From: Escherichia phage ECML-359
Length of the DNA stretch: 64,000 nucleotides
Sequence record: OL631482.1
Reading direction: 5' to 3' (one strand)
The position numbers and the translations under genes are program-made. The notes beneath the pieces were generated by a model that saw only the letters and a program-made list of their open reading frames with translations, did not search any database and had not been told where the DNA came from. Positions 1-9,763 of this stretch are shown here, one piece after another (position 1 is the stretch's first letter; every line of letters begins with the position of its first letter).

Positions 1-945
1 AATCCATTTGCATCGACCACAGAAACAGTGTTATCTGATGTTCTGCAAGAAGGTCTTATTGCATCGACTATTCGTTTAGTTCCTGATGCTGCACACACCG
101 AAAAATTCGAAGCTGGTGATGTTGAAATTAGCAATGCTGTATTCCAGGTTAATAAATGGAATGCTCCGGTTAAAACACGTAAATTGAAAACTGCATTAAC
201 TGTTGAACTTGCTCAGGATATGGAAGCAAATGGTTTTAACGCTCCTGCATTCTTGGAAGACCTGCTTGCCACTATTATGGCAGATGAAATTAACAAAGAT
301 GTTCTTCAGTCTCTTATTACCGTTTCCAAGCGTTATAAAGTAACTGGTGTTTCTGACAATGGCACCATCGATTTAACATACGATGCAGCCCCAGAAGGTG
401 CACGTAAACTGTACGAACTGGTTTGCGAAATGAACTCCGAAATTCAGAAAACTACATCTTATTCCGGTACCTTTGTTGTTGCCTCTAGCCGTGTTGCTGC
501 TATGTTGGCCGGTTCTGGTTGGTTGAAACACAGGCCAGAAGACGAACAGTGGCTCCCCGAAACAGCGTACGGTTATTTGATTAATGGCCTCCCTGTATTC
601 TGTGATGTTAACAGTCCATTGGATTATGTAACTGTTGGTGTTAAAGAAAATTACGGCGGAAACGAAGTCGTAGGCTCAATTTTCTATGCTCCTTATACCG
701 AAGGCCTGGACTTGGATGATGAAGAGCACGTTGGTGCGTTTAAGGTCATTGTGGACCCAGACAGCTTGCAGCCATCTATCTCTCTGATGGTTCGTTACGC
801 ACTTTCAGCTAACCCGTACACCGTTGCTAAAGACGATAAAGAAGCTCGTATTATCGATGCAACCAATATGGATTTAATGGCCGGTCAGAGCAATATGTCT
901 TATCTGCTCGGTGTTAAACTTCCGCCAATCATTTATGAGGCGTAA
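1..945 (+). CDS. gp24-like head vertex protein, paralog copy 1 (5' partial; reading frame open from window edge)
   Basis: Frame 1 is open from nt 1 and ends TAA 943-945. The product aligns colinearly with the C-terminal ~300 aa of the adjacent 427-aa gp24 ORF at roughly 60% identity (RKLKTALTVELAQDMEANGF, ANPYTVAKDDKEARIID, LGVKLPP). Confidence 0.8.
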   Translation, partial: NPFASTTETVLSDVLQEGLIASTIRLVPDAAHTEKFEAGDVEISNAVFQVNKWNAPVKTRKLKTALTVELAQDMEANGFNAPAFLEDLLATIMADEINKDVLQSLITVSKRYKVTGVSDNGTIDLTYDAAPEGARKLYELVCEMNSEIQKTTSYSGTFVVASSRVAAMLAGSGWLKHRPEDEQWLPETAYGYLINGLPVFCDVNSPLDYVTVGVKENYGGNEVVGSIFYAPYTEGLDLDDEEHVGAFKVIVDPDSLQPSISLMVRYALSANPYTVAKDDKEARIIDATNMDLMAGQSNMSYLLGVKLPPIIYEA

Positions 946-2229
946 ATGCAAAAGATTAATGCACTAATTCACGAATCAACATTAACGGCGGCCAACCAGG
1001 TCGCCCGTCCTAATTTGCTTTCTTATACCCAGGCTACGAATAAACGAATTTTTAAAGCACTCGTGGCCGAACAGAAAACTACCCAGCCTGTTGCAGCCCT
1101 GTATGGTGTTCGTGTTCTGAACCCAGATGATAAAATGACTTATCTCGGTGGAGCAACATTTGCAGGTCAGATTGGTATGTTCGAGCGTAAGAATATTCCA
1201 GAATTTACAAACAAAGACGAAGCTTATGCAGTCGGCGATATGTTCCAGTTTGAAAGTGTTGTGTTCAAAGTTTTGGAAGCATCCCCATTCGCCGGTACAC
1301 TCGAAACTGATTTAGGTGAAGTTATTTCTGAAGCCATTGCTGCTGGGCATATAAGAATGATGTCAGATGCTGCTTTCACTGATAAATTTGAAAAGGGGCA
1401 TCCTGAAATTGCTGAAGCTGGTTTTCGTATCGATAAATGGCAGACTGAAGTTAAATCCAGAAAGTTGAAAACTTCTTTAACTGTCGAGCTTGCCCAGGAC
1501 CTGGAAGCAAACGGTTTTGATGCAACAGACTTCATCGATAATATTCTCGGCATTCAAATGGCAGAGGAAATTAATAAGGATGTACTGCAATCTCTTATTA
1601 CTGTTAGTTCCCGTTTCAAGGTGCAAGGTGTTTCTGAAAAAGGTGTATTGAATCTTACTGACCCGAAATATGATAACGCACAGGACCGCGCACGAACCCT
1701 GTATTATTATATGTGTGAAATGAATTCTGCAGTTCAACGTCAGACTTCGTTTGCTGGTACATATGCAGTTGCTTCTTCCCGTTGTGCAGCTATTTTAGCC
1801 GCTTCTGGCTGGGTTGAGAAAAAGGAAGACCAGGATGAATTGGCCTATGGTGTTCTGAAGAACGGTTTGCCTCTTTACGCTGATATGAATAGTCCATGCG
1901 ATTATGTTATTGTTGGTGTAAATGCAGATATGGGTGAAGGTCAGACGGTCGCATCTTTATATTATGCGCCTTATACGGAAGGACTTAGCGAAGTTGATGA
2001 TGAGGGGGATACCTCGGTTGGGGAATTCAAGGTTATTGTTGACCCTGAAAGCTTACAGCCTACGGTTGCACTGTTAGCTCGTTATGCTTTGACTGCAAAC
2101 CCTTACACCGTTGCTAAAGATGATAAAGAAGCTCGCCTTATTGATGGAGCTGATATGGATAAGATGGCTAACCAAAGCCAATTGAGTTCTTATCTTGGCG
2201 TTAAACTTCCACCGCTGGAAAAAGAATAA
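946..2229 (+). CDS. 24: head vertex protein gp24
   Basis: 427 aa, same length as T4 gp24 and the expected position before rnlB. ATG lies directly after the stop of the preceding paralog. Confidence 0.85.
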   Translation: MQKINALIHESTLTAANQVARPNLLSYTQATNKRIFKALVAEQKTTQPVAALYGVRVLNPDDKMTYLGGATFAGQIGMFERKNIPEFTNKDEAYAVGDMFQFESVVFKVLEASPFAGTLETDLGEVISEAIAAGHIRMMSDAAFTDKFEKGHPEIAEAGFRIDKWQTEVKSRKLKTSLTVELAQDLEANGFDATDFIDNILGIQMAEEINKDVLQSLITVSSRFKVQGVSEKGVLNLTDPKYDNAQDRARTLYYYMCEMNSAVQRQTSFAGTYAVASSRCAAILAASGWVEKKEDQDELAYGVLKNGLPLYADMNSPCDYVIVGVNADMGEGQTVASLYYAPYTEGLSEVDDEGDTSVGEFKVIVDPESLQPTVALLARYALTANPYTVAKDDKEARLIDGADMDKMANQSQLSSYLGVKLPPLEKE

Positions 2230-2249
2230 GGGCCTTGCGGCCCTTTTTT
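2230..2249. terminator. bidirectional rho-independent terminator between convergent genes 24 and rnlB
   Basis: GGGCC-ttgc-GGCCC hairpin flanked by T-runs on both strands. Confidence 0.6.
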
Positions 2250-3255
2250 ATTCACTAATTAATGCAATCCATACATGTCTTAATGTTTCTTTTACATTTG
2301 CGATAAGTTGCTTTTTAACTTCAACAGGATTTTCTGTCTGGGTTAATTCAAGTCCTTCACGACCCGCTTCTTCCAGGATATCCTGAACAGTCAAACCCAT
2401 TACCTTCCCAAAATCCTTCGGCGATACTTCCCCAATCTTACTGATAACATTGTTAATACGGTTGACAGTCACATAATCAGTAAACTTCCATAAAACATCC
2501 AGGTCTTCCTGGGACAACACAACAGCAGCCTTAATAGGCTTATCAGACTTTTTCTTTTCGCTGAATTTAGAGTTCTTACATTTAATCGCTACACGCTCGC
2601 CGTTAGGTAACCATGCAGGAACATCAGGTTTTAATACAAATCCTTCAGCAGTGAATACTTTACCTTCCACCTTTGCATCAAAATCAGTGGTATTTGCTGT
2701 AGTCAATCCTGCGTTATCCACTGTAAAATTGTAATCAGGGACCACAGAATCCAGGTCATTAGGGAGCTTAATCAAGTCTTCAAAGCTTCCGGTAGCCAGG
2801 CGCGGAGCAACTTTAAACTTATGAATAATACAAAAGGCTTCCATCAGTGTGTCAGTCAGGACGGATTCAGTTCCATCTTCTTTAGTAACGCGAATATCAA
2901 ACACATAAAAATCTTTATCACCGTAATCCACATTCTTCTGGATACCTGCCCCGGCAAACTCACCATAAATCTGATATGCCTGGTAATTAATATCCTGCAA
3001 AAGTTTCTGCACAGATTTAATAGAATCTGCGTAGTTCTTTAATACAATTTCATAACCATAGAAATCTTCTGCAGGTAGGATAGGTCCAGTGCGTTTCGCG
3101 CATGTCACATTGTCTTGTTCAATGATTAATGAAAAGTTGGTACCATGAATTTTCTCACGAGCTACCCATTCACCGCTGGTGAAGCCTTGCAGGCGAATCT
3201 TTTCAATGAACTTGTTATTATAGTGATTTTCAAGGCTGTTGTATTTCTTAAACAT
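2248..3255 (-). CDS. rnlB: RNA ligase 2
   Basis: 335 aa with nucleotidyltransferase motif KIHGTNFS and strong resemblance to T4 Rnl2 (MFKKYSSLENHYN...). Syntenic with T4. Confidence 0.85.
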   Translation of the reverse strand: MFKKYNSLENHYNNKFIEKIRLQGFTSGEWVAREKIHGTNFSLIIEQDNVTCAKRTGPILPAEDFYGYEIVLKNYADSIKSVQKLLQDINYQAYQIYGEFAGAGIQKNVDYGDKDFYVFDIRVTKEDGTESVLTDTLMEAFCIIHKFKVAPRLATGSFEDLIKLPNDLDSVVPDYNFTVDNAGLTTANTTDFDAKVEGKVFTAEGFVLKPDVPAWLPNGERVAIKCKNSKFSEKKKSDKPIKAAVVLSQEDLDVLWKFTDYVTVNRINNVISKIGEVSPKDFGKVMGLTVQDILEEAGREGLELTQTENPVEVKKQLIANVKETLRHVWIALISE

Positions 3256-3352
3256 AATCTCTCACTTTTGATGTTATAAATATCATTATAAATTAGACCC
3301 GCTATACTTTCTTTCTTTGAAAGGAATTAATAGTCACAAAGGGTCTAGAACC

Positions 3353-3380
3353 ATTATACCGCATTTTTATTTGAAGCAAA
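3353..3380 (-). promoter_or_regulatory. T4-type middle promoter (MotA box TTTGCTTCA, 13-nt spacer, TATAAT) upstream of rnlB
   Basis: Minus strand reads cccttTTTGCTTCAaataaaaatgcggTATAATggttctagaccc. Matches the MotA-box consensus at about -30 with a sigma70 -10. Confidence 0.5.
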
Positions 3381-3385
3381 AAGGG

Positions 3386-3649
3386 TCAGAATTTTACATA
3401 CAGCATTGGCTTGGATTCTTGCCAATCATAATTCCAGGTAAAAGATGTAAATTTTTCTGCTCGCAGAAATTCAGATATCTTTGCGCGGTTTCCTTCTTCA
3501 TACTCTTTTTCAGAAACTGCCATATTAACAGCATCTTTGCCGTTCTCGGCGGCGGCAATAGCCACTTTGCGAAATATAGAAATAAAGTCATTTGCAACTT
3601 TATCTTGTGACTCTTTGGCTATTTGGCGTAGTTCTTCTGCGAATGTCAT
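3386..3649 (-). CDS. hypothetical protein (T4 24.2 position)
   Basis: 87-aa ORF in the T4 24.2 position. Confidence 0.5.
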   Translation of the reverse strand: MTFAEELRQIAKESQDKVANDFISIFRKVAIAAAENGKDAVNMAVSEKEYEEGNRAKISEFLRAEKFTSFTWNYDWQESKPMLYVKF

Positions 3650-3849
3650 TTCTTCACCTTTTTGTTATTCAAACGTTTACGATAAACAATCTTTTCTTTC
3701 GCTTTAAATTTAGCTTTGGCTTGTTCTACATCAACCCAGGCCTTTGCCATCTCTTTAGCAGTCCCGCCTAATACCTTGGCGATTTCAATAAATGTCATAC
3801 CAGATTCATGCAGAAAATGTACTTTAACCTTATCCATAATGATTCTCAT
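3646..3849 (-). CDS. hypothetical small basic protein (T4 24.3 position)
   Basis: 67-aa ORF with a lysine-rich C-terminus; its stop overlaps the downstream start. Confidence 0.5.
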   Translation of the reverse strand: MRIIMDKVKVHFLHESGMTFIEIAKVLGGTAKEMAKAWVDVEQAKAKFKAKEKIVYRKRLNNKKVKK

Positions 3850-3984
3850 GTTGAGTTAGTGAAGCTATCTTAACATGGAATTTTTAACTTGTAAACATGA
3901 TTTTTATGCCAGATGAACAATTGCATGGTATGGTCACAAAGACTCACTAGAGAAGGGTCCAGGTAACATTTGCCCAGTACCATA

Positions 3985-4012
3985 AAAATAAAGGGACCAA
4001 AGGTCCCTTTTT
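3985..4012 (-). terminator. rho-independent terminator downstream of hoc
   Basis: GGGACC-aaa-GGTCCC hairpin followed by a T-run on the minus strand. Confidence 0.6.
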
Positions 4013-4014
4013 AA

Positions 4015-5148
4015 TTAATAAACGTAATCGTATATAATACCAGTTTCTAAAGCGGTGCGATGAATAACTCGACCATTACGAGATTCTTGTACATCAACCT
4101 CTGGATAGTCGGTAATCATTTTTTGAAGTGTGTATCGGTGCAAATAATACGGGCTATCCGGGTCATCAGTTTTCCAGTCTTGGCCGGCAAGAGTCATTTT
4201 CTGAATTTCATCCATAACCCACCAACCACACCAGATATAAGCTGAATTACGTACTGGCAATGGGTGAATATATGGTAATTCGCCATCTGGAACTGGTGCG
4301 ACTTTAGCCGTGACTGTTACATTACCAGTTTTGGTAACGGTTACAGGGTTATAATCTGTAGCAGATACAACAACAGAAACTTCAATTAACTGGGAACCTT
4401 CGGCGCTTGTATCGATTGCTAAAGTATCCGTGGTACCAGCGACTGGTGAACCATCTTTCTTCCAAGAATAGGCAAAAGTAGCACCAGCAGGCGCACCGGC
4501 TACAGTAGCTTTAAAAGAAGCCGGAGTTCCTTCAGGAACATTAATAGAGGTCGGTGCTAAAGTAACAGAAACACCCGACATAGTTTTCTTAACAAAAGTT
4601 ACCGCAGCTCCTTTAGATGCGGTGCCATTATTATAATCGGGTGCAGAAACAGTAACTTCACAGTTCAATGTATAATTTGCTTCTGCTGATTCGGTGACGG
4701 TAATAGTTTTACCAGTTTGACCTGCGATTACGCTAGTGTTACGTTTCCAAACGTAAGCGATTGTTGCACCAGAAGGAGCGCCTGTCACGTTAGCAGTAAC
4801 AACTTGAGATTGCCCCACTTCTTTAGTAACAGAGGCAGGGTCTAAAGTCAATGTAATAGCAGGCATTGTTTTATTCTGGATAGTTAAAGTTGTCTCAGCC
4901 TCAGCAGTTTCCGGTTCACCGTCTGCCGGAGTGGTAGTTGCAACAACTTTAATAGTCTTACTGCCTGCTGGGCCAACAGCGACATAAGTCATTGCTGCAG
5001 TCACAGAAGATTGAGGAACGCCATCAACGGTCCATACAAATGATTCAACACCTTCAGCTGCAGCGCCAGACCCGGTTGCAGTGAAATTGGTTGTTGCTCC
5101 AATAACGGCCGTAGCCGCCAAAGGAGCAATAGCTACGGTATAAGCCAT
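4015..5148 (-). CDS. hoc: Hoc, highly immunogenic outer capsid protein (tandem Ig-like domains)
   Basis: 377 aa with repeated beta-rich T/V/A-rich modules and a conserved C-terminus (YIHPLP...WCGWWVMDEIQKMT...YYLHRYTLQKM) matching T4 Hoc. Confidence 0.85.
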   Translation of the reverse strand: MAYTVAIAPLAATAVIGATTNFTATGSGAAAEGVESFVWTVDGVPQSSVTAAMTYVAVGPAGSKTIKVVATTTPADGEPETAEAETTLTIQNKTMPAITLTLDPASVTKEVGQSQVVTANVTGAPSGATIAYVWKRNTSVIAGQTGKTITVTESAEANYTLNCEVTVSAPDYNNGTASKGAAVTFVKKTMSGVSVTLAPTSINVPEGTPASFKATVAGAPAGATFAYSWKKDGSPVAGTTDTLAIDTSAEGSQLIEVSVVVSATDYNPVTVTKTGNVTVTAKVAPVPDGELPYIHPLPVRNSAYIWCGWWVMDEIQKMTLAGQDWKTDDPDSPYYLHRYTLQKMITDYPEVDVQESRNGRVIHRTALETGIIYDYVY

Positions 5149-5157
5149 AATAAACCC

Positions 5158-5823
5158 TTATTTTAAAGTGACAAAAGATGAGTTACGAGTTTCTCGTACT
5201 AGAACAGACCCATTACGATTGATGTAATAAATCAAACTGAATAGGGTTTGATGCGCGGTGGGATGTGGGAAAGCAGTTGGACGTTCTTTCCAATCCGGAG
5301 TCTCAGAAATCCACTGATAAATCCACCATGGAACAGTACAGAATCCAGGGTTCTTGCCAATAAGCATAAGATTTGGACTAAAGTTTTTTGGTAGAGCAAA
5401 TACAGGTTTTTCAGATTCGATAACCTTAGCAACAGCTGCTTCGAACTTTTCTTCGATAAAAGGAACATCTTCTTCGACCAAAACAACTGGTTCTTCGATT
5501 TCAACAACTTCAACCTTTGCTTCGGTTAGAGCATCAAATAAGAGTTTAGCTTCTTCTTTAGCTGACTCATCGCCATCAAATTTAGCACCTGACAATTCAT
5601 CGTCAGCATCAATAAGGTCGGTGATGCTCAGGCCTTCATTATCATCAGGCATAGGCATGTCAGCAAATGCTTTAAGTCCTGCTTCCAGGTCAGCCAACAT
5701 ATTATCAAAGGTTTTTGTTTTCTTAACATCAACGCCAAGTGATGCTGCGTATTCGGCTAATTTTTCTTTGGCTTCTTTTTTCTCGAGGACACGAATTTCC
5801 TCAATGTAGTTCTTGTCAATCAT
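5158..5823 (-). CDS. inh: Inh-like inhibitor of prohead protease
   Basis: 221 aa with an acidic, coiled N-terminal half, in the T4 inh position between hoc and uvsW. Confidence 0.65.
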   Translation of the reverse strand: MIDKNYIEEIRVLEKKEAKEKLAEYAASLGVDVKKTKTFDNMLADLEAGLKAFADMPMPDDNEGLSITDLIDADDELSGAKFDGDESAKEEAKLLFDALTEAKVEVVEIEEPVVLVEEDVPFIEEKFEAAVAKVIESEKPVFALPKNFSPNLMLIGKNPGFCTVPWWIYQWISETPDWKERPTAFPHPTAHQTLFSLIYYINRNGSVLVRETRNSSFVTLK

Positions 5824-5841
5824 GATGAACCTCGGTTAGTG

Positions 5842-5849
5842 TATAAATA
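5842..5849 (+). promoter_or_regulatory. T4 late promoter TATAAATA upstream of uvsW
   Basis: Exact TATAAATA about 29 nt upstream of the uvsW ATG. Confidence 0.6.
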
Positions 5850-5877
5850 TAGATATATTTATTACCTTGGAATCATC

Positions 5878-7377
5878 ATGGATATTAAAATCAACTTTCT
5901 AAATTTTAGTCACGTGCATGTTGAATGTGAAGATGGAATCTTCTACGAACTCCGTGATTACTTCAGCTTCGAAGCTGAAAACTATCGCTTCAATCCAAAA
6001 TTCAAGCAGGGAGTTTGGGACGGACGAATCCGCCTCCTGGATTACAATCGTAAATTACCATACGGTTTGGTTAATCAAATTAAAAAGTTCGCTGACCAGT
6101 TTGGCTATTCATTCTGGATTGACCCACAAATCACCGAGAAAGAAGAAATCTCTCGCGAAGAATTCGACAAATGGGTCGAGTCAAAAGAAATCTATTCAGG
6201 CAATACTAAGATAACGCCCCATTGGTATCAATCTGACGCCGTATATGATGGTCTGGTCAACAGAAGAAAGATTCTGAACTTACCTACGTCTGCGGGTAAA
6301 AGCCTCATCCAGGCGCTTCTGGCGCGATATTATCTCGAGAACTATGAAGGCAAGGTGCTTATCCTTGTTCCTACAACCGCGCTTGTTGACCAGATGATTA
6401 ATGACTTTGTTGATTATCGGCTTTTCCCTCGTGAAGCTTGTCTGGGTATTCGTTCCGGGACTAAACGCGATTCTGATGCGATGATTTATGTATCGACTTA
6501 TCAGACGGCTGTAAAACAACCTAAAGAATGGTTTGAACAGTTCGGCCAGTTTATGAATGACGAATGTCACATGGCTACAGGTAAATCAATTTCGACGGTT
6601 ATCGAAGGCCTTACGAATTGTATGTTTAAATTTGGTCTGTCAGGCTCACTCCGTGACGGCAAAGCCAACCTTATGCAATATATGGGTCTGTTTGGTGATA
6701 TCTTTAAACCAGTATCAACATCTAAATTGATGGAAGACGGTCAGGTCACCGACCTTAAAATAAATAGTATTTTCCTTCGTTATCCTGATGAATTTACCGT
6801 TAAAATGAAAGGTAAAACTTATCAGGATGAAATTAAGGTAATTACAAAAGCTACACGCCGAAATAAATGGGTAACAAATCTTGCTCTCAAGCTTGCTAAA
6901 AAAGATGAAAACGTCTTTTTGATGTTTAAGAATATCGAGCATGGCAAATCGATGTTTGAAATGCTTAAGGAAGCTGGTCATGAGAAAGCGTATTATGTTT
7001 CCGGGGAAGTTGATACCGAAACCCGTAATGCTCTGAAGGTCATGGCAGAGAATGGAAAAGGAATTATCGTTGTAGCTTCATATGGTGTATTCTCGACGGG
7101 GATTTCCGTTAAAAACCTCCATCACATTATTTTCGCCCACCCGGTCAAGTCAAAGGTAATTGTACTTCAGACAATTGGTCGTGTACTTCGAAAACATGAA
7201 TCTAAATCGACCGCAAACGTGTGGGACATTGTGGATGATATGGGGGTCAAACCCAAATCAGCAAACGCTAAAAAGAAATATGTTCATATTAACTTTGCGC
7301 TTAAACATGCATTAGAACGTATTCAGCGGTATGCAGACGAACAATTCAATTATGTAATTAAACAGGTGGAAATATAA
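5878..7377 (+). CDS. uvsW: UvsW recombination/repair helicase (SF2)
   Basis: Starts MDIKINF as in T4 UvsW (MDIKVHF); Walker A PTSAGKS and helicase motifs. The ORF-track start at 5839 is a GTG artefact; 5878 is the first ATG. Confidence 0.9.
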   Translation: MDIKINFLNFSHVHVECEDGIFYELRDYFSFEAENYRFNPKFKQGVWDGRIRLLDYNRKLPYGLVNQIKKFADQFGYSFWIDPQITEKEEISREEFDKWVESKEIYSGNTKITPHWYQSDAVYDGLVNRRKILNLPTSAGKSLIQALLARYYLENYEGKVLILVPTTALVDQMINDFVDYRLFPREACLGIRSGTKRDSDAMIYVSTYQTAVKQPKEWFEQFGQFMNDECHMATGKSISTVIEGLTNCMFKFGLSGSLRDGKANLMQYMGLFGDIFKPVSTSKLMEDGQVTDLKINSIFLRYPDEFTVKMKGKTYQDEIKVITKATRRNKWVTNLALKLAKKDENVFLMFKNIEHGKSMFEMLKEAGHEKAYYVSGEVDTETRNALKVMAENGKGIIVVASYGVFSTGISVKNLHHIIFAHPVKSKVIVLQTIGRVLRKHESKSTANVWDIVDDMGVKPKSANAKKKYVHINFALKHALERIQRYADEQFNYVIKQVEI

Positions 7378-7610
7378 TGAAATCCTTTGAAGAAATTATG
7401 TACGAAGCATCAATTGAAGGCTTTATGGCTAAGATTGGTTCCTGTCAGACCATGGACGGTCTGAAGGAGTTGGAAGGCTATTATAAAAAACGCAGCAAAG
7501 AAGCTGAACTAAAAGATTCCGATGATATCAGTGTTCGTGATGCTCTTGCCGGTAAACGCGCCGAGCTTGAGGATATGGACGAAGACGAAGACGAAGACGA
7601 AGATTTCTAA
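7377..7610 (+). CDS. uvsW.1: UvsW.1 small acidic protein
   Basis: 77 aa with a DMDEDEDEDEDF tail; TAATG overlap with the uvsW stop. Confidence 0.7.
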   Translation: MKSFEEIMYEASIEGFMAKIGSCQTMDGLKELEGYYKKRSKEAELKDSDDISVRDALAGKRAELEDMDEDEDEDEDF

Positions 7611-7611
7611 A

Positions 7612-7640
7612 TAAAAAGGCCCCAACCAAAAGGAAGGGGC
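7612..7640 (-). terminator. weak rho-independent terminator (minus strand)
   Basis: GCCCC...GGGGC stem with a 12-nt loop followed by CTTTTTAT on the minus strand. Confidence 0.3.
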
Positions 7641-7668
7641 AAAACCAAAAAATGGTTAACAACACTAG

Positions 7669-7836
7669 CTAAATTAAAAGTTGGGTCTCGTTCAGTTGCT
7701 CTTCTGTATTTTCCGTAACTGGCAAACTCTGAACATAATTATAACAGGCGCCCGGATGCACCGGACCTTGGTCTGTATCCACAACCAATGCAGAATCGAT
7801 TGGAGTTTTACAGACAACACAAATCTTATCTGACAT
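7669..7836 (-). CDS. small Cys-containing protein (T4 uvsY.-2 position)
   Basis: 55-aa ORF found by hand (MSDKICVVCKTPIDSALVVDTDQGPVHPGACY...). Below the ORF-track size cutoff. Confidence 0.45.
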   Translation of the reverse strand: MSDKICVVCKTPIDSALVVDTDQGPVHPGACYNYVQSLPVTENTEEQLNETQLLI

Positions 7837-7975
7837 GATTGTCTCCTCAGTTAAACTTACATATCTATTTAGTGCTCTTCATAATAGCAGCACGAGCTTT
7901 CATCTCATTAACAATTTCAGTTATTCGGTTTGCAGAGATAACCATCTCGTCGAGAATCTTACTAATATTTTTCAT

Positions 7976-8209
7976 TTAATTTTCCTTAAAGTATCTCATA
8001 CCAGTATCTATCCCCATATTGTGAGAATAGAACGCATCATCGATGTATCCTGCAAATTTACCTTTAACATAGATAACATCTTCACCGCAAGGGTGGTCAG
8101 CGCAGATACGAATATCTGCACGATTCAATTTCCATTCCTTCATCATATACTTAATTTCTTCTTCGAACTCTTCGTCTTGGTTAAACGCATCGTCGATAGA
8201 ATATCGCAT
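7976..8209 (-). CDS. hypothetical protein (T4 uvsY.-1 position)
   Basis: 77-aa ORF; its ATG overlaps the uvsY stop. Confidence 0.5.
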   Translation of the reverse strand: MRYSIDDAFNQDEEFEEEIKYMMKEWKLNRADIRICADHPCGEDVIYVKGKFAGYIDDAFYSHNMGIDTGMRYFKEN

Positions 8210-8643
8210 TATTTGCCTGCCTCGAATTGTCTTATTTCTAACATATGTTTAAGTGCGAAACTTCGCGACTTAACACCATCTAATGCAGCGCTACAGAAGT
8301 CCTGGAGTAGTGCCCAATACTGAATTGAAGTATCAATCTTCAGTATGTTTGAATCTGCTGCCATGACTGTTTTCAATTCCGACTTCTCGTATACATCCAT
8401 GCATACTTCTTCCCCTGGGTCACCTCTTCCCGTATAATGGTCTAGTCGTTTTTTCAGTGCAGTTTTCTTCTGAATCTCAAGACGCATTATTTCTTTCTTG
8501 CAGTTGGTATACAATCTCAACCATTTGCTATGCAACAAAACGTTGTTTTGTGTTTCATATTGAAGTTGCGTACCATCAATTTTTAAATCTGCATCTAACT
8601 CATCCTGAAAGACTTCTAACTTATATTCAATCTCTGTTTTCAT
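8209..8643 (-). CDS. uvsY: UvsY recombination mediator
   Basis: Resembles T4 UvsY (...HSKWL...EIMRLEIQKKTALKKRLDHYTGRGD...KSRSFALKHMLEIRQFEAGK). Start moved to internal Met11, because the ORF-track start lies inside the promoter -10 element. Confidence 0.8.
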   Translation of the reverse strand: MKTEIEYKLEVFQDELDADLKIDGTQLQYETQNNVLLHSKWLRLYTNCKKEIMRLEIQKKTALKKRLDHYTGRGDPGEEVCMDVYEKSELKTVMAADSNILKIDTSIQYWALLQDFCSAALDGVKSRSFALKHMLEIRQFEAGK

Positions 8644-8672
8644 AATGTATCCAATGTAAGGGTCTAGAACCA

Positions 8673-8698
8673 TTATACAGCCATAAAATTAAAGCATT
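8673..8698 (-). promoter_or_regulatory. T4-type middle promoter upstream of uvsY (MotA box AATGCTTTA, 12-nt spacer, TATAAT); corresponds to the T4 oriF position
   Basis: Minus strand reads ttAATGCTTTAattttatggctgTATAATggttctagaccc. Confidence 0.5.
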
Positions 8699-9086
8699 AA
8701 CCGTTTTGACTTAACTGAATCCTAATTTGTTCGAGGGTATCAGGGTCATCAACAATGCTGAACTGAACCGTTACGATAATGGAGTTATCATCATACATAG
8801 GGACAACTGCAACCTGTAGATTACTTATTCTTGGTTCGAAGTTCCGCACCGCGGAGACGATGTTGCGTTTAATGGTATCTGTAATTAACGGTGTGATATT
8901 CTCAAAAAGCTGATTACTTATATCACATCCAAATTCGGGCATAAAAGGCCGTGACCCTTTTCTTGTGGTGATTATTCCCAGAAGACTGTTCTTAACAGAC
9001 CTTGCACCAGTTACTTTAGCAACGTCTTTATCCCAACTTGTAGATAAGTTGGGAGATACATCGCTATACATTTTGTTTATATTCAT
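8697..9086 (-). CDS. 25: baseplate wedge subunit gp25
   Basis: 129 aa, similar to T4 gp25 (...RSVKNSLLGIITTRKGSRPFMPEFGCD...). Confidence 0.85.
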   Translation of the reverse strand: MNINKMYSDVSPNLSTSWDKDVAKVTGARSVKNSLLGIITTRKGSRPFMPEFGCDISNQLFENITPLITDTIKRNIVSAVRNFEPRISNLQVAVVPMYDDNSIIVTVQFSIVDDPDTLEQIRIQLSQNG

Positions 9087-9710
9087 TTACATAAACTTAA
9101 AGAATTCTTTAAGCCCCTTAATTACATGGACAGAATGCGCTCCGCACTCGCAAGAGATAGGAATAGCCATTTGGACCTGTGGCTTGAGAAGTTCTTCGGT
9201 TAGTGCATTTATATCATCGAGGGTAATTGCGTTGTATAGGTCCTCGATTTCGGCTTCATTTAAGTCATCAACAACGATGCGCTCGCCACCTTCCGTGATA
9301 ATATATTCGATACAACAAGCAATCATTTTACCTTTATCGCCGTCTTCAAACAACCCAGGATAACGGAATTTAATTTTAAATGCCCCGAAATCACGAATAA
9401 CTTCAGACTCATCCACGATGCTTGCACGACTTATAGTCACAGGAATATCTTGTTCCTTTCCACATTCGCATACCCATGTATGTTCGACATTAACAACCCC
9501 AAGACTATTTGCCCAGAGAATAATAAGAAGCAGCTCAGCTTCCTGTTTGTTTAACCCTTTAGCATCAGTGCATTTATTAAGCAGTTCAATTATTGCAGGT
9601 TCCATACGCTTTTCTAATTTTGCCTGAAGCAAATCTTTGTATTCGCGCAATGTAAAAGCCCTACAATTTATAGTTTTATTTTTAATTTGGACAATAAATT
9701 CATAAGTCAT
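9087..9710 (-). CDS. 26: baseplate hub subunit gp26
   Basis: T4 synteny. Start moved to Met12 (207 aa), which is preceded by AAGGAG and by a minus-strand TATAAATA late promoter; the ORF-track start is TTG. Confidence 0.75.
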   Translation of the reverse strand: MTYEFIVQIKNKTINCRAFTLREYKDLLQAKLEKRMEPAIIELLNKCTDAKGLNKQEAELLLIILWANSLGVVNVEHTWVCECGKEQDIPVTISRASIVDESEVIRDFGAFKIKFRYPGLFEDGDKGKMIACCIEYIITEGGERIVVDDLNEAEIEDLYNAITLDDINALTEELLKPQVQMAIPISCECGAHSVHVIKGLKEFFKFM

Positions 9711-9727
9711 AATTTGCTCCTTTACTG

Positions 9728-9735
9728 TATTTATA
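9728..9735 (-). promoter_or_regulatory. late promoter TATAAATA for gene 26 (minus strand)
   Basis: Part of the palindrome TATTTATAAATA; followed on the minus strand by AAGGAG and the gp26 ATG. Confidence 0.5.
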
Positions 9736-9739
9736 AATA
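9732..9739 (+). promoter_or_regulatory. late promoter TATAAATA for gene 51 (plus strand)
   Basis: TATAAATA about 25 nt upstream of the gene 51 ATG. Confidence 0.55.
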
Positions 9740-9763
9740 TCAATAAAGATAAAAGGGGATTCT

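Noticed and set aside
1-945. First ORF as the C-terminus of the major capsid protein gp23, as T4 gene order would suggest
   Set aside because: Its product is about 60% identical to the adjacent gp24 over its whole length, far above gp23/gp24 similarity, so it is better explained as a second gp24-type gene.
3275-3290. Plus-strand TATAAATA just upstream of rnlB (reading away from it)
   Set aside because: No plus-strand gene follows for about 2.5 kb; likely a chance AT-rich match or an antisense late start, not called as a promoter.
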